A stretch of DNA of 64,000 bases, from positions 544,001 through 608,000 of the forward strand of contig CAVPOM010000004.1 of assembly GCA_963707025.1 (NCBI GenBank). The letters run 5' to 3'. Shown in pieces: positions 12,001 to 18,254 of the stretch. The notes beneath the pieces were generated by a model. It made no database searches. It saw only the letters and a program-made list of their open reading frames with translations, and was not told the origin of the DNA. The DNA comes from an uncultured Verrucomicrobiae bacterium (GTDB lineage Bacteria; Verrucomicrobiota; Verrucomicrobiia; Limisphaerales; Palsa-1400). The position numbers and the translations under genes were made by a program. Numbering within the stretch: the first letter of the stretch is position 1; the number at the start of each line of letters is the position of its first letter.

Positions 12001-15000
12001 GGTGAGGTTGGTGATGGTGCCGCCTTGGAAGTCGGTGCTCAGCGCAATCGTGCCGCCGCTCATTTGCAGATTGGGCACGGTGTTGCTGATTAAAGTCAGC
12101 GTGCCCCCGGTCATCGCATAACTCCCAGGGCCGCCGAGGGAGAATGGAGGAACTTGGGTAAAGGTGCCGCCGGTCAGGTTGATGTTGGCTCCAAAGCCGG
12201 CGGTGAACGACCCGCCGAGCACCCCGCCATTTCCCAAATTGATGGCCGTGCCGTTGGCCGCGGACATGGTTCCTCCGAAACTGCCGTAGCCGAAATTGAT
12301 CGTGCCGCTGAGGACGCTGACCGTTCCGGTGGTGGTGAAGTTGACACCGATGGTGGTTGTGCCCGTGCTCAGGGACTTGCGGATCAGGCCCGCATTGATG
12401 ACGAACTCGCTGCCGTTATATCGAGGCATGCTCTGGTTGCACTGCACGTCAATCACGCCGCCGGCCAGATTGTTGATGGAGCCATCAGTCGCTCCGTTGT
12501 CGTTGCGCAGGTTCCAATTCCCCGAGCCGTTCCAAAGGATGTGCCCGGCGTTGGTCAGGGCGGCATATTGAATGACGTCAACCGAGCCACTGACATTGAG
12601 AGTGCCGCTGCTCGCAATGTTCAGCGCGCCCACGAGAGTACCGGCCAGCCAGTTCAGAGTTCCGGTCACGGTGTAGGCGCCGGACAAGCTGCTGCCGTTG
12701 AGGGTTAGATTGGTAATGACGCCGCCTTGGAACACGGGCGACAGCAAGACGGTGCCCCCGTCCAGAGGCAGGTTGGGAACCACATCATTGTTCAGAGTCA
12801 GGGTGCCGCCGTTGAAGACGGCCTGTCCTGCGCCATCGAAAATGACATCCGGGCCGTAGGTGAACGTGCCGCCGCTCAAATAGATGTTCGCACCCGCAGC
12901 CGCCGTGTTGGTCCCGTCAAAATAGCCGCCTGCTGAAAAATAGAGCGCCGTGCCGGGGCCGGCCTGAAAGTCGCCGTCAAAAATACCCCCGCCATTCAAA
13001 TTCAAAGTGCCGCTTTGCACGTTGACGGTGCCAGTGTTGTTGAACGCGACGCCGGTAAAAGTCGTCGTCCCGGTGGTGGGCGATTTGGTGAAGACGCCGT
13101 TGTTGTAGAAATTGGGCGTTCCGCCAAAGGCGTTGTTGATGGGATCGTCCGTTTGCGCCAGCCAGGTGCCGTTGTTGGTGAAAATCGTTCCTCCATTGCC
13201 CCGGATCGGGCCTCCGTCCCACATCACCGTGCCACTGTTGACGAAGGTTGAGGCTGGGAAGTCCTTGTTGTTGCCGCCGACCAGATTCAGGACGGCGCCC
13301 GGGGCCACGGTCAACAGCCCGCCATTCATGGAAAGATTGGTCACGTAGCAACTGGCCCCCGCCGCAATGGTCAACCCGCCGCTCACCGTCCCGCTGAAAT
13401 TGAAGGTTCCGGTCACGGTGTAAGTCCCCGAGAGGGTTGCTCCCGTCATCGTCAAGTTGGTGATGGCGCCGCCCTGGAAATTCGGCCCCAGCGTGATGGT
13501 CCCGCCATGAATCGGCACATTGGGGATGGTGTTGTTGGTCAGCGTCAGGCTGCCTCCCGTGATCGAACTGCTTCCCGCGCCCGTGAAAATGACATCCGGG
13601 CCGTAGGTGAACGTGCCGCCGCTCAAATAGATGTTCGCACCCGCAGCCGCCGTGTTGGTCCCGTCAAAATAGCCGCCTGCTGAAAAATAGAGCGCCGTGC
13701 CGGGGCCGGCCTGAAACTCGCCGTCAAAAATACCCCCGCCATTCAAATTCAAAGTGCCGCTTTGCACATTGACGGTGCCGGTGTTGTTGAACGCGGCGCC
13801 GGTAAAAGTCGTCGTCCCAGTGGTGGGTGATTTGGTGAAGACGCCGTTGTTGTAGAAATTGGGCGTTCCGCCAAAGGCGTTGTTGATGGGATCGTCCGTT
13901 TGCGCCAGCCAGGTGCCGTTGTTGGTGAAAATCGTTCCTCCATTGCCCCGGATCGGGCCTCCGTCCCACATCACCGTGCCATTGTTGACGAAGGTCGAGC
14001 CTGGGAAGTCCTTGCTGTTGCCGCCAACCAGATTCAGGACGGCGCCCGGGGCCACGGTCAACAGCCCGCCATTCATGGAAAGATTGGTCACGTAGCAACT
14101 GGCCCCCGCCGCAATGGTCAACCCGCCGCTCACCGTCCCGCTGAAATTGAAGGTTCCGGTCACGGTGTAAGTCCCCGAGAGGGTTGCTCCCGTCATCGTC
14201 AAGTTGGTGATGGCGCCGCCCTGGAAATTCGGCCCCAGCGTGATGGTCCCGCCATGAATCGGCACATTGGGGATGGTGTTGTTGGTCAACGTCAGGCTGC
14301 CGCTTGTCATCGAACTGTTTCCCGCGCCCGTGAAACTGACATCCGGGCCGTAGGTGAACGTGCCGCCGCTCAAATAGATGTTCGCACCCGCAGCCGCCGT
14401 GTTGGTCCCGTCAAAATAGCCGCCTGCTGAAAAATAGAGCGCCGTGCCGGGACCGGCCTGAAAGTCGCCGTCAAAAATACCCCCGCCATTCAAATTCAAA
14501 GTGCCGCTTTGCACATTGACGGTGCCGGTGTTGTTGAACGCGGCGCCGGTAAAAGTCGTCGTCCCAGTGGTGGGTGATTTGGTGAAGACGCCGTTGTTGT
14601 AGAAATTGGGCGTTCCGCCAAAGGCGTTGTTGATGGGATCGTCCGTTTGCGCCAGCCAGGTGCCGTTGTTGGTGATGATCGCGCCCGAATTGCCCCGGAT
14701 TTGGCCGCCGGTCCACACCGCGGCGCCATTGTTGATGATCGTGCCGCCCGGCATGTCCAGGACGTTTCCAGGGCGGTTCAAGTTGAGCGTGGCGTTGGTG
14801 CTGATCGTCAGCGTGCCCGCCACCACGCCGCCGGTCCAATTGAATGCGTTGGAAACGATCAGACCGGCGGAAGCGTTCATGGTGCCTCCGCTCAGGCTCA
14901 CCGTTCCGACATTGGTGGCGCTTCCGACCAGCGCGGTGCCGCTGCTGATAATCGCGGTATCGGCGCCACCGGGGACGCCGTGGGGATTCCAATTATTGGT

Positions 15001-15105
15001 GTTAAACCAGTCGGTCGAAATCGCGCCTGTCCAAGTGAAGGTTGCGCCATGCGCCGGGCTGCTGAGCACGACGGCCAGCAAAAACATTTTGCGGACGACA
15101 TTCAT
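1..15105 (-). CDS. Giant secreted surface protein/adhesin (>5035 aa, truncated by window edge): two beta-helix passenger-like blocks, bacterial Ig-like, DUF642-like, InlB B-repeat-like and FN3 domains
   Basis: ATG at 15105 (in-frame TGA a few codons upstream) reads MNVVRKMFLLAVVLSSPAHGA (signal peptide) then TFTWTGAISTDWFNTNNWNPHGVP. The same frame is still open and protein-like at base 1 (…TYNPPPGFGGSLSLWAANPL). The ORF track has no minus-strand ORF in this frame, which fits one uninterrupted frame with no stop in the window. Composition is G/N/T/S-rich. Confidence 0.9.
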   Translation of the reverse strand, partial: MNVVRKMFLLAVVLSSPAHGATFTWTGAISTDWFNTNNWNPHGVPGGADTAIISSGTALVGSATNVGTVSLSGGTMNASAGLIVSNAFNWTGGVVAGTLTISTNATLNLNRPGNVLDMPGGTIINNGAAVWTGGQIRGNSGAIITNNGTWLAQTDDPINNAFGGTPNFYNNGVFTKSPTTGTTTFTGAAFNNTGTVNVQSGTLNLNGGGIFDGDFQAGPGTALYFSAGGYFDGTNTAAAGANIYLSGGTFTYGPDVSFTGAGNSSMTSGSLTLTNNTIPNVPIHGGTITLGPNFQGGAITNLTMTGATLSGTYTVTGTFNFSGTVSGGLTIAAGASCYVTNLSMNGGLLTVAPGAVLNLVGGNSKDFPGSTFVNNGTVMWDGGPIRGNGGTIFTNNGTWLAQTDDPINNAFGGTPNFYNNGVFTKSPTTGTTTFTGAAFNNTGTVNVQSGTLNLNGGGIFDGEFQAGPGTALYFSAGGYFDGTNTAAAGANIYLSGGTFTYGPDVIFTGAGSSSITGGSLTLTNNTIPNVPIHGGTITLGPNFQGGAITNLTMTGATLSGTYTVTGTFNFSGTVSGGLTIAAGASCYVTNLSMNGGLLTVAPGAVLNLVGGNNKDFPASTFVNSGTVMWDGGPIRGNGGTIFTNNGTWLAQTDDPINNAFGGTPNFYNNGVFTKSPTTGTTTFTGVAFNNTGTVNVQSGTLNLNGGGIFDGDFQAGPGTALYFSAGGYFDGTNTAAAGANIYLSGGTFTYGPDVIFDGAGQAVFNGGTLTLNNDVVPNLPLDGGTVLLSPVFQGGVITNLTLNGSSLSGAYTVTGTLNWLAGTLVGALNIASSGTLNVSGSVDVIQYAALTNAGHILWNGSGNWNLRNDNGATDGSINNLAGGVIDVQCNQSMPRYNGSEFVINAGLIRKSLSTGTTTIGVNFTTTGTVSVLSGTINFGYGSFGGTMSAANGTAINLGNGGVLGGSFTAGFGANINLTGGTFTQVPPFSLGGPGSYAMTGGTLTLISNTVPNLQMSGGTIALSTDFQGGTITNLTLNGLNLASACTVSGTLTINGNINGALTVLSNATLNWNGDVNAALTLNPGATANWYGGRLYTPLMIPSNAVLTLAGSGNKGLQNWVTNSGTINWNAGPWTFYYYGLYNQAGAAINIQCDQSLGDYSGSEFINNAGTLQKLATFGAPYTGTSSISVQIYNTGTIDLESGNLIFNNSVQNPSGTFLGAAGTVMNFNGGAVLSGPYTIAAGGTLNLGAGTFTISPPLLFNGAGNYLMTGGTLTLLTNPIPNLQMSGGTIALSTDFQGGTITNLTLNGLNLASACTVSGTLTINGNINGALTVLSNATLNWNGDVNAALTLNPGATANWYGGRLYTPLTIPSNVVLTLAGSGNKGLQNWVTNSGTINWNAGPWTFYYYGLYNQAGAAINIQCDQSLGDYSGNEFINNAGLLRKWGTTGTSGISVQIYNTATVDLESGNFTFYNLVQNPSGTFLGAAGTVINFNGGAVLSGPYSIAGGSALYLSGGSFTITPPLLFDGAGSFYMTGGTLTLLSNTIPNLQMSGGTIALSTNFQGGTITNLTLNGQNLIGSNAVSGTLTLNGNINGPLTVLSNATVSWNGNVNAALTLNPGATANWNGGRLYTPLMIPSNAVLTLTGSSNKGLQNWVTNSGTINWTAGPWTFYYYGLYNQAGAAINIQCDQSLGDYTGGEFINNAGLLRKWGTTGASPISVQYIGTGVVDAESGTMNFNNAFSQTGGAWAIGIDGVGSSGHIGLSSAATLAGTLNVNLDNNYVLGLSNTFNIISYPSHSGTFSTTNLPADGASWQLTYGASAVTLLITNLLGPAISITSPTNNQKFAIPVNIPIATTVSDTNAAIAAVQFYQGTNLIGQALSSPYNFTWNSVSPGIYTLSAWAIDAAGAVATSAPVNITVYSDQAQTTNYTWTGAVSSDWFTPGNWSPNGVPGVLDNVTIANGGAVNIGGSATVNNIHFSSGTLQGPGVLSATNAFTWTGGTVAGLLTIPATAALNISGNVSLSGGTLVNLGTVLWTGGSLSGNAATVITNSGLWLAEAANQISLNGGSFVNNSILRTLNNGGATFLNSLSFVNNGTVDAQAGPVYFNSGGTLGGTYNTAAGSYIYFNGGAFTLGALPAFTGSGAGEFAGGTLTILNDIPPGFYLVHGTVVLGPAFQGGSITNLAIAGSTLSGTNTVTGTFNWTGGSLSGQLTVAPNGVLNLSGSDKDMSGSALINSGQVNWTGGNLNGNAASVVTNNNLWLVQCDNQIGFGNGAATFINNGVLRKSAATGTTTITGLAFVNNNTLDAQSGAFNLNSGGTLSGTYNTASGAFINFNGGSFVFNALPSITGAGTTRLTGGTLTLLNDLAPGLLLEGGTVVLGAAFQNAGAINNLTNLGATLSGNYTVTGAYTWGAGSLSGSLTVASNAVLNLVSGGNLNFPASSLTNFGAVFWNGATLVGNNGAVFDNNGLWLEESDDQIYNNGGSVTFINNSTFRKQGTYGTTTLNGSVAFQNSGFVDVETGAVNFAGGGLLGGTYNVAQFATLSLTGGGFSAGAPPLFEGPGASQFSGGTLTLLTDQIPNLLLAGGNLVLGPAFQNSGAITNLTLSGATLTGSNTVTGTLNWNAGGLNNNWLTIASNAVLNLATGSDKNMPGSVLVNNGTVLWTGGAVRGSGGTAITNNSLWLVQNDYQINSAYGGGNSSFVNNGTLSKTVTFGGTTFNNVSVLNSGGAFDIESGYLNFINSATYAQAGATLDFGLSGPNLAGQLFLPGNVNLDGTLGVNLLNGYTPAVGDVVALISYASESGVFATANLPPLSGGVNWDLNYGPASVTLQALAPPTLAAPLQISGLVTDTSNHPISGVTVFADMVGVSNLVQNGSFELPSIGTTPYTYYGLGSTSVTGWAVVGHAGADVDLVSLYWEGPAEDGNQFMDPAGHTGGGGVTQSFPTTPGTTYDLIFYHGSYSHYGRNSVLGVTIDTNYYTFGETSGGSGNLDWRRVQIEFTASTSLTPLTFLDLNPNEANNSFVDNVQVIIPGAASILQAITGADGSYQISVPNQSFQVGVTGLPAAGYNNVAPQTVAMNGANQAVNFTTTPVAGAQLFTIATAVNPAGGGTASSGGNYLQGATAVVTAAANTATLPYSFTGWTENGVLQSTSATYSFTVNRNRNLVANFALPLYAISVSNNPAAAGSILGAGSYIYGATSVLTAYPNIGYHFTNWTEGPTVVGTNLSLTNVVFADHSFVANYTEANVTHVVTTATSPPGVAAVAGGGTYANGQTANFSAPLAVTNPPYYYVFQQFTLSNTPASAQAAFGKTFSTLDPTNLQYVAVYGQFNVLPQVINITANFAGTVPATTNFLLTLRFDRSMASNISPIILLTNSAVVPQAVVATNGYWTTNALSNDTYHTPPVTFAAGMDGTVQLLVSGAQDVNGDFLVSTNPAQFVVDATAPPNPVLAVTATNSSSATVSWAGYAAPPDLAGFRVYIEGTNFSSVAALPVLTGLGSGARSFQFSGLALDTPYYVAIQALDMAGNSLAAVSPLAITIPSAVPPPVTVQESAVGGTSALLSWSGYNTSGLLGFAGFLVYYQQTNFTSVAGLNSRATLGPAATSFQVDGLDRTQTYYFAVAGFNAENNFNPAVATAEWSDPYAGNISVNTSIGGPGQRVVNIYQSMTVVSNATLTIQPGTTLFFAPGTSLTVQQGTLTANGTALAPVIFDSANDSPGLTPAAGDWAGVTLGSGAGGSSLSFVEILYGRGLTLNACAPSVQAFTASFNTTGLALRDGASLTSSNALVSGNGIGIEQSDTALLAMQNSVIQNNQTNAFAAGSLPMTAANNWWGTAVDAGVSASLAGNVTYNPFLNFEPLLTPALGASNGVTQVGTPSANVQLACRTAASMRLSEDFTFNGVFFVPFTNFATFPLSAGGGLKHVFAQYRSITGQTNAPLELDINYVTAGPVIHSFSLADGQTLNRPLTVTGSATAALGVLDIEFYLDNVLQITNAGGSFSYFFDLRSLSSAIHQVELLARDTAGNFATLSEDVIVAVTPPQAPVIASPAGDYVTNNPALTVSGTAEPEMSVQVSAGSQFLGTVTADAQGNFNLAGLTLAEGVNTIVAVASDSTGSASSVARHVTVETVAPAAVVLNQPVYTPGAGLNLTWSFAPSGKPPATFEVFWSLSPFASTNLATGHSVLLGLSSYTVQGVAPGTYYFGVVGFDAAGNPSPLSALVSAFYDPTPPALSIAYNQPSPAGVGPIGITLTSTKALASPPSLTFRPNGAASPVLLSLTNVALNTYQTVFVIASTTPSGTVSVMATAQDQVGNTFNGAPSGAPLTVDTTPPAGTIATAPAGPVQTVNNTSVSVGVTLTKPAASGTAPTLAFTPPAGSAVPVALAGTGINWSGTLALTPGMGSGFGQFALSAQDSVGNVGTNIIAGGRLELYNTSLPAPPAAPTKLLATSLAGGSIRLSWDAVSNAQIYRLYRESGSNFVVPYTLDLDGITSNYVVDLPPGDGLYSYGISASRLGSESAISNVVTATSDSTPPAAPVNVTVSLAPSGVRVAWQEPSGGETPDHYNVYRNGTRIQTLSIAGPVIDYPPRGTDSYIVSAVDAVGNENPSAPASIQLLVSPVNNLSVLSVLGQVPVLTWSSNDPTVAGFNVYRNGIKQNSVLLTATNYTDNLPMSDAITYGVTAVNVSAQEGPQRIVTVNPVAFGLLANAAGTGASNPLLTGYFDQFQAGITNLSGTASLPLARVIWNRAVPGADPLSVTQNLVATVSPGGNVQQSVIVAEAPVVATQTIQVSAVQQTDSEGSSVTYQSVFTLVNSQLPGTEVAISANQLPLAGGLTPFQVQVFNRGYVNMQFIVERASGNQPGDVYISVQNSLGQEVSRTPYQGTPPGTTFLPDGTAYVNVAPGASVQFTAPNVLVPAALVGTGNVTFEAVVGTNYSQIGTPAQLTSGPLFGSMVSGLAQTPYYGTAQTDKIIYTNDDAVLITGQAITRATGLPLPNAALNLGFATRGYRWHIPVTTDANGNYQYTYNPPPGFGGSLSLWAANPL
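9940..12070 (-). repeat. Three tandem near-identical intragenic repeats (period 795 then 810 bp)
   Basis: cgccgcccccgcctgattatacaggccgtagtagta recurs at about 10060, 10855 and 11665; shadow ORFs repeat at 10076, 10871 and 11681. Confidence 0.9.
12845..14680 (-). repeat. About 2.5 tandem near-identical 747-bp (249-aa) intragenic repeats
   Basis: atccgggccgtaggtgaacgtgccgccgctcaaatagatg occurs at 12847, 13594 and 14341, an exact 747-bp period. Confidence 0.95.
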
Positions 15106-15433
15106 CGGACAACCACTTCACAGCCACTGCATCTTGCTTTGATTTTCAACCCGGCAACTCTGCGCGCCCACCCAAAATGCCATCAAAAATGGTGCAATGG
15201 TGAACTCAAGAATATCAGCATGCCTTTACATAGTCAAGGTTATTCTGATCGCACTGGGCTCAAGATTGTTTGCGGCCACGCTTCAAGTATTCAAATAGTA
15301 AACATTACGTGGTTGCGGAGACACCGTTGGAATCCAGATACGCACTCCATGGCCTGTTCATCGCGGGAAGCTGCTCATTGCGCGTGCAAATGTTCCGGGG
15401 AACCGCCCAACAACTGAGACCATTCTTGAGGGT

Positions 15434-16441
15434 TAGAGCATTTCCATAAATCATGTAGCGTAGCGGGCGTTTAAAAAGAAGCCCCGGCAATCGGCGGTGG
15501 AGATGGCTTCAAAGGCAATCTTCGCCGCTTGGAGCAGTTCCTTGGCGGTTCGCGGCGCGAGACCTCGCATAATTTGTTTGACCTTGCTCCACATATTTTC
15601 GATGGGATTAAAGTCTGGCGAATAGGGCGGCAGATACAGCAGCGTTGCCCCGGCCTCTTCGATGGCTTGGCGGACTCCGGTCACCTTATGCGTGGCCAAG
15701 TTGTCCATGATGACCAAGTCACCCTTGCGCAACTCCACCACCAGCCCCTGCTGGATCCAGGCCAAAAACATTTCCCCGTCCATGGCCCCCTCAAAGAGGC
15801 AGGGGGCCGCAGGCCCGGCCAGACGAATGGCGCAGACCAGGGTGGTGGTCTGATAATGTCCCTGCGGGACGTGGGCCGCCAGTCTTCGGCCCACGGGTGA
15901 CCGCCCGCAAAAACGGGTCATCTTGGTGTTGGCCCCGCTTTCATCCACGAAGACCAGTCGGGCAGGTGGGTCACTTGCCAGACGCTCATGCCAATGGGCC
16001 CGCTTTTCGGCCACGTCCGGACGGTTCTGCTCGGCGGCGCAGAGCGTTTTTTTTATAGCTCAACCCCAGTTTGCGCAGCCACAAATCCACAGTGGAGGTC
16101 CCGAAAGGGCGGTCCAGACGCGCCCCCAACTCGGCCAACGTCGCGTCGGGCTGGGCCGCCACCAGCTTTTGCAGGCGAGCCTGGCGTCCGGCGTTCAGCA
16201 GCGTTTTGCGCCCGCACAAATGGGTTTGCGGCTGGAGCGTGCCGCGCTCTTGGAACTGCTGCCGGACCCGGCGCACCGCCGCCACGCAAAAGCCGAAAAA
16301 GTCCGCGATCTCGCGGGTGCTTTTGCCTTGTTCATAGAGTTGCAGGATGCGCTCGCGCGCAGACACGGGTATCGCTCGCATGGCTCAAGCCTGCCAGCCC
16401 TCTCGCCCCAGTCAAGCTATATCATTTATGGAAACGCTCTA
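15434..16441 (-). mobile_element. IS630-family insertion sequence (about 1.0 kb) with terminal inverted repeats and TA target duplication
   Basis: Left end TAGAGCATTTCCATAAATCATGTAGC versus reverse complement of right end TAGAGCGTTTCCATAAATGATATAGC; both ends bounded by TA. Confidence 0.92.
15451..16381 (-). CDS. IS630 transposase encoded as two ORFs (HTH 15986..16381, DDE 15451..16014) joined by a frameshift at an A8 run
   Basis: DDE motifs FVDESG, IMDNLATHK, YLPPYSPDFNPIE. TATAAAAAAAACGC at about 16045-16057 switches LGLSYKK to KKTLCAAEQNRPDV, as is typical of IS630. Confidence 0.9.
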
Positions 16442-16552
16442 GCGTTGACAGAATCTGTTAACCCACCTTGCGAAGCTCACGAAACCAGCCTCCGGCGCGG
16501 GTAACGTACCCGCTGCATCGCGGCGCGCGCTGCCGGACGCAAACCCGGACGC

Positions 16553-16810
16553 TCAGTTGGACGGCGGATCAGCCAGCGGGACAGTCCGATACAAGCGCCA
16601 CGGCGAGTTGGCAGCGTCGGGGTCGGCAAAGTCCATCGAGCCGTTGACCACCTGGTTGGTGCAGACCGGGGTCCAATGGATGGCATTGGTGGTGTAATCA
16701 ACGCGGAACCACGCTCCGTCCGGACCGCCCGCCGTCAAATGGAAGGAACGGTCGCCCAGCACCGCGGCCTGTGGAACAACCGCGCGAGATGGGGGGTCAA
16801 TGATGATGGG
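16553..16810 (-). pseudogene. Orphan C-terminal fragment of a secreted protein carrying a verrucomicrobial-type C-terminal (sorting-like) domain
   Basis: FHLTAGGPDGAWFRVDYTTNAIHWTPVCTNQVVNGSMDFADPDAANSPWRLYR matches the F-L-G-G-Y-VE-STNL-W-TN-F-D-RFYR pattern. No signal peptide; the frame is closed by a TAG inside the ureG 3' end. Confidence 0.6.
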
Positions 16811-17525
16811 CTATGCTGCAAGTGTGTTCCCAGGCGTGGAGAAGCTGGGCGACGATTTCGTCAACGCCGGGGCCGTGTTTGACTTGGGCGAAGACAAACG
16901 GGCCTTCACCGCGCATCTTGCGGGCGTCCCGCTCCATGACCGCCAGGTCGGCGCCGACCGCCACGGCCAGGTCGGTTTTGTTGATGACGAGAAGGTCGGA
17001 TTGGGTGATGCCAGGACCGCCTTTGCGCGGGATTTTGTCACCGCCGGCAACGTCAATAACATAGATGGTGTAGTCCGCCAGTTCGCGGCTGAAGTGGGCG
17101 GCCAGGTTGTCGCCGCCGGACTCGAGCAGGAGGATGTCGGGATGGAATTTTTGCTGGAGGTCTTCCAGGGCCAGGAGGTTTGCGGAAATATCTTCGCGAA
17201 TGGCGGCGTGCGGGCAACCGCCCGTCTCCACCGCTCGAATGCGCCCGGCCTCAAGAGCTTGGTGGCGGATGAGAAATTCGCCGTCCTCCTTGGTGAAAAT
17301 ATCGTTGGTCACGGCCGCCACGCTCGCGCGGTGGCGCAAGCGCTGGCAAAGCGCCAGCATCAACGCCGTTTTGCCGCTGCCCACCGGACCGCCCACGCCG
17401 ACGGTGAAAGCACGTTGCTGGAAGTCGCGGCAAAGCGGCCGGTCGCGGTCGTGGAAGTGTCCGGCGTGGTCGAGGTGTTCATGGGTGTGGCCGTTGGAAC
17501 CGTGTTGATGGGAAGGGAGGCTCAT
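16797..17525 (-). CDS. ureG: Urease accessory GTPase UreG with His-rich N-terminus
   Basis: [10 protein letters not shown]-loop, ETGGCPH, ESGGDNL, NKTD; N-terminus [20 protein letters not shown]. Confidence 0.97.
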   Translation of the reverse strand: MSLPSHQHGSNGHTHEHLDHAGHFHDRDRPLCRDFQQRAFTVGVGGPVGSGKTALMLALCQRLRHRASVAAVTNDIFTKEDGEFLIRHQALEAGRIRAVETGGCPHAAIREDISANLLALEDLQQKFHPDILLLESGGDNLAAHFSRELADYTIYVIDVAGGDKIPRKGGPGITQSDLLVINKTDLAVAVGADLAVMERDARKMRGEGPFVFAQVKHGPGVDEIVAQLLHAWEHTCSIAHHH

Positions 17526-17537
17526 GGCATCGGAGGA

Positions 17538-18254
17538 TCAGCTTTGAAACAGGCGCGAGTAAAGACGGTCCTGCGTTCCCTGCCAAAGTTCCAACAAGGG
17601 AGCGGTCTGGGTGATGTCGGCCACGCCCAGGTTCTCACATTCCGCAAGAATGGACTGGGCTCGCGGAGCCAGCCGCTGTTGCAGGGCCTGCGCTTCCATC
17701 GGCCCGGCGATGCCAAGCCGGACCGCTCCCGCCACCAGGCCGCGCAGGTGTTGAAAGAAAAACAATCGTGTCGCGCCGGACCGTCTCACCCCCAACGCAC
17801 ACGTGACAGCACCAAAGGCCGGCGCAAAATGGCCCAATGGAAAGTACTGGGCTGCCCGGGCAACTTCGCTGGAACGAAAGATTCTCCCCGACGAGGCCAG
17901 AAATGAACGGCCCTGCAGGCGGCTGGCACGGTTGGCGACATGGTTCGTAAGAAAGCAATCGCACAGCCGGTCCAGTTCACCAGGATCATCCGGCTCGTCA
18001 TACGCGGCGGTGACAAATGGCAGGCTTCCGTTTCCAAGCTGCTCCAAACTGACTTCAACGAACGACGCCAGGTCGGAGGAGTTTTGCACTTCCCCGTGCT
18101 GCCACGCCGCCTCCAGGCCTCCGGAGTGCGCGAAGCTGCCGGTGGGAAATGCCGAATCAGCCAATTGCCAAAGCAGCCAGTCGGCGTCAGCCTCCGCGAC
18201 TGCCACCTCGTGGCGTGAAAACCGTTTGTCGTTTAATAGGGCCGGGATTTTCAA
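17538..18254 (-). CDS. ureF: Urease accessory protein UreF
   Basis: [19 protein letters not shown] motif and C-terminal YSRLFQS; start codon uncertain. Confidence 0.93.
   Translation of the reverse strand: MKIPALLNDKRFSRHEVAVAEADADWLLWQLADSAFPTGSFAHSGGLEAAWQHGEVQNSSDLASFVEVSLEQLGNGSLPFVTAAYDEPDDPGELDRLCDCFLTNHVANRASRLQGRSFLASSGRIFRSSEVARAAQYFPLGHFAPAFGAVTCALGVRRSGATRLFFFQHLRGLVAGAVRLGIAGPMEAQALQQRLAPRAQSILAECENLGVADITQTAPLLELWQGTQDRLYSRLFQS

Noticed and set aside
64..14430. Long plus-strand ORFs (e.g. 64..1404, 2755..4407, 8611..12093)
   Set aside because: Antisense shadows of the giant minus-strand gene, with no recognisable motifs.
9940..14680. Diversity-generating retroelement template/variable repeats
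   Set aside because: The repeats are in-frame tandem coding units, no adenine-specific variation was noticed, and no reverse transcriptase is present in the window.
15170..15200. NtrC-like site TGCCATCAAAAATGGTGCA upstream of the giant gene
   Set aside because: Only one good half-site and no convincing sigma-54 promoter nearby.
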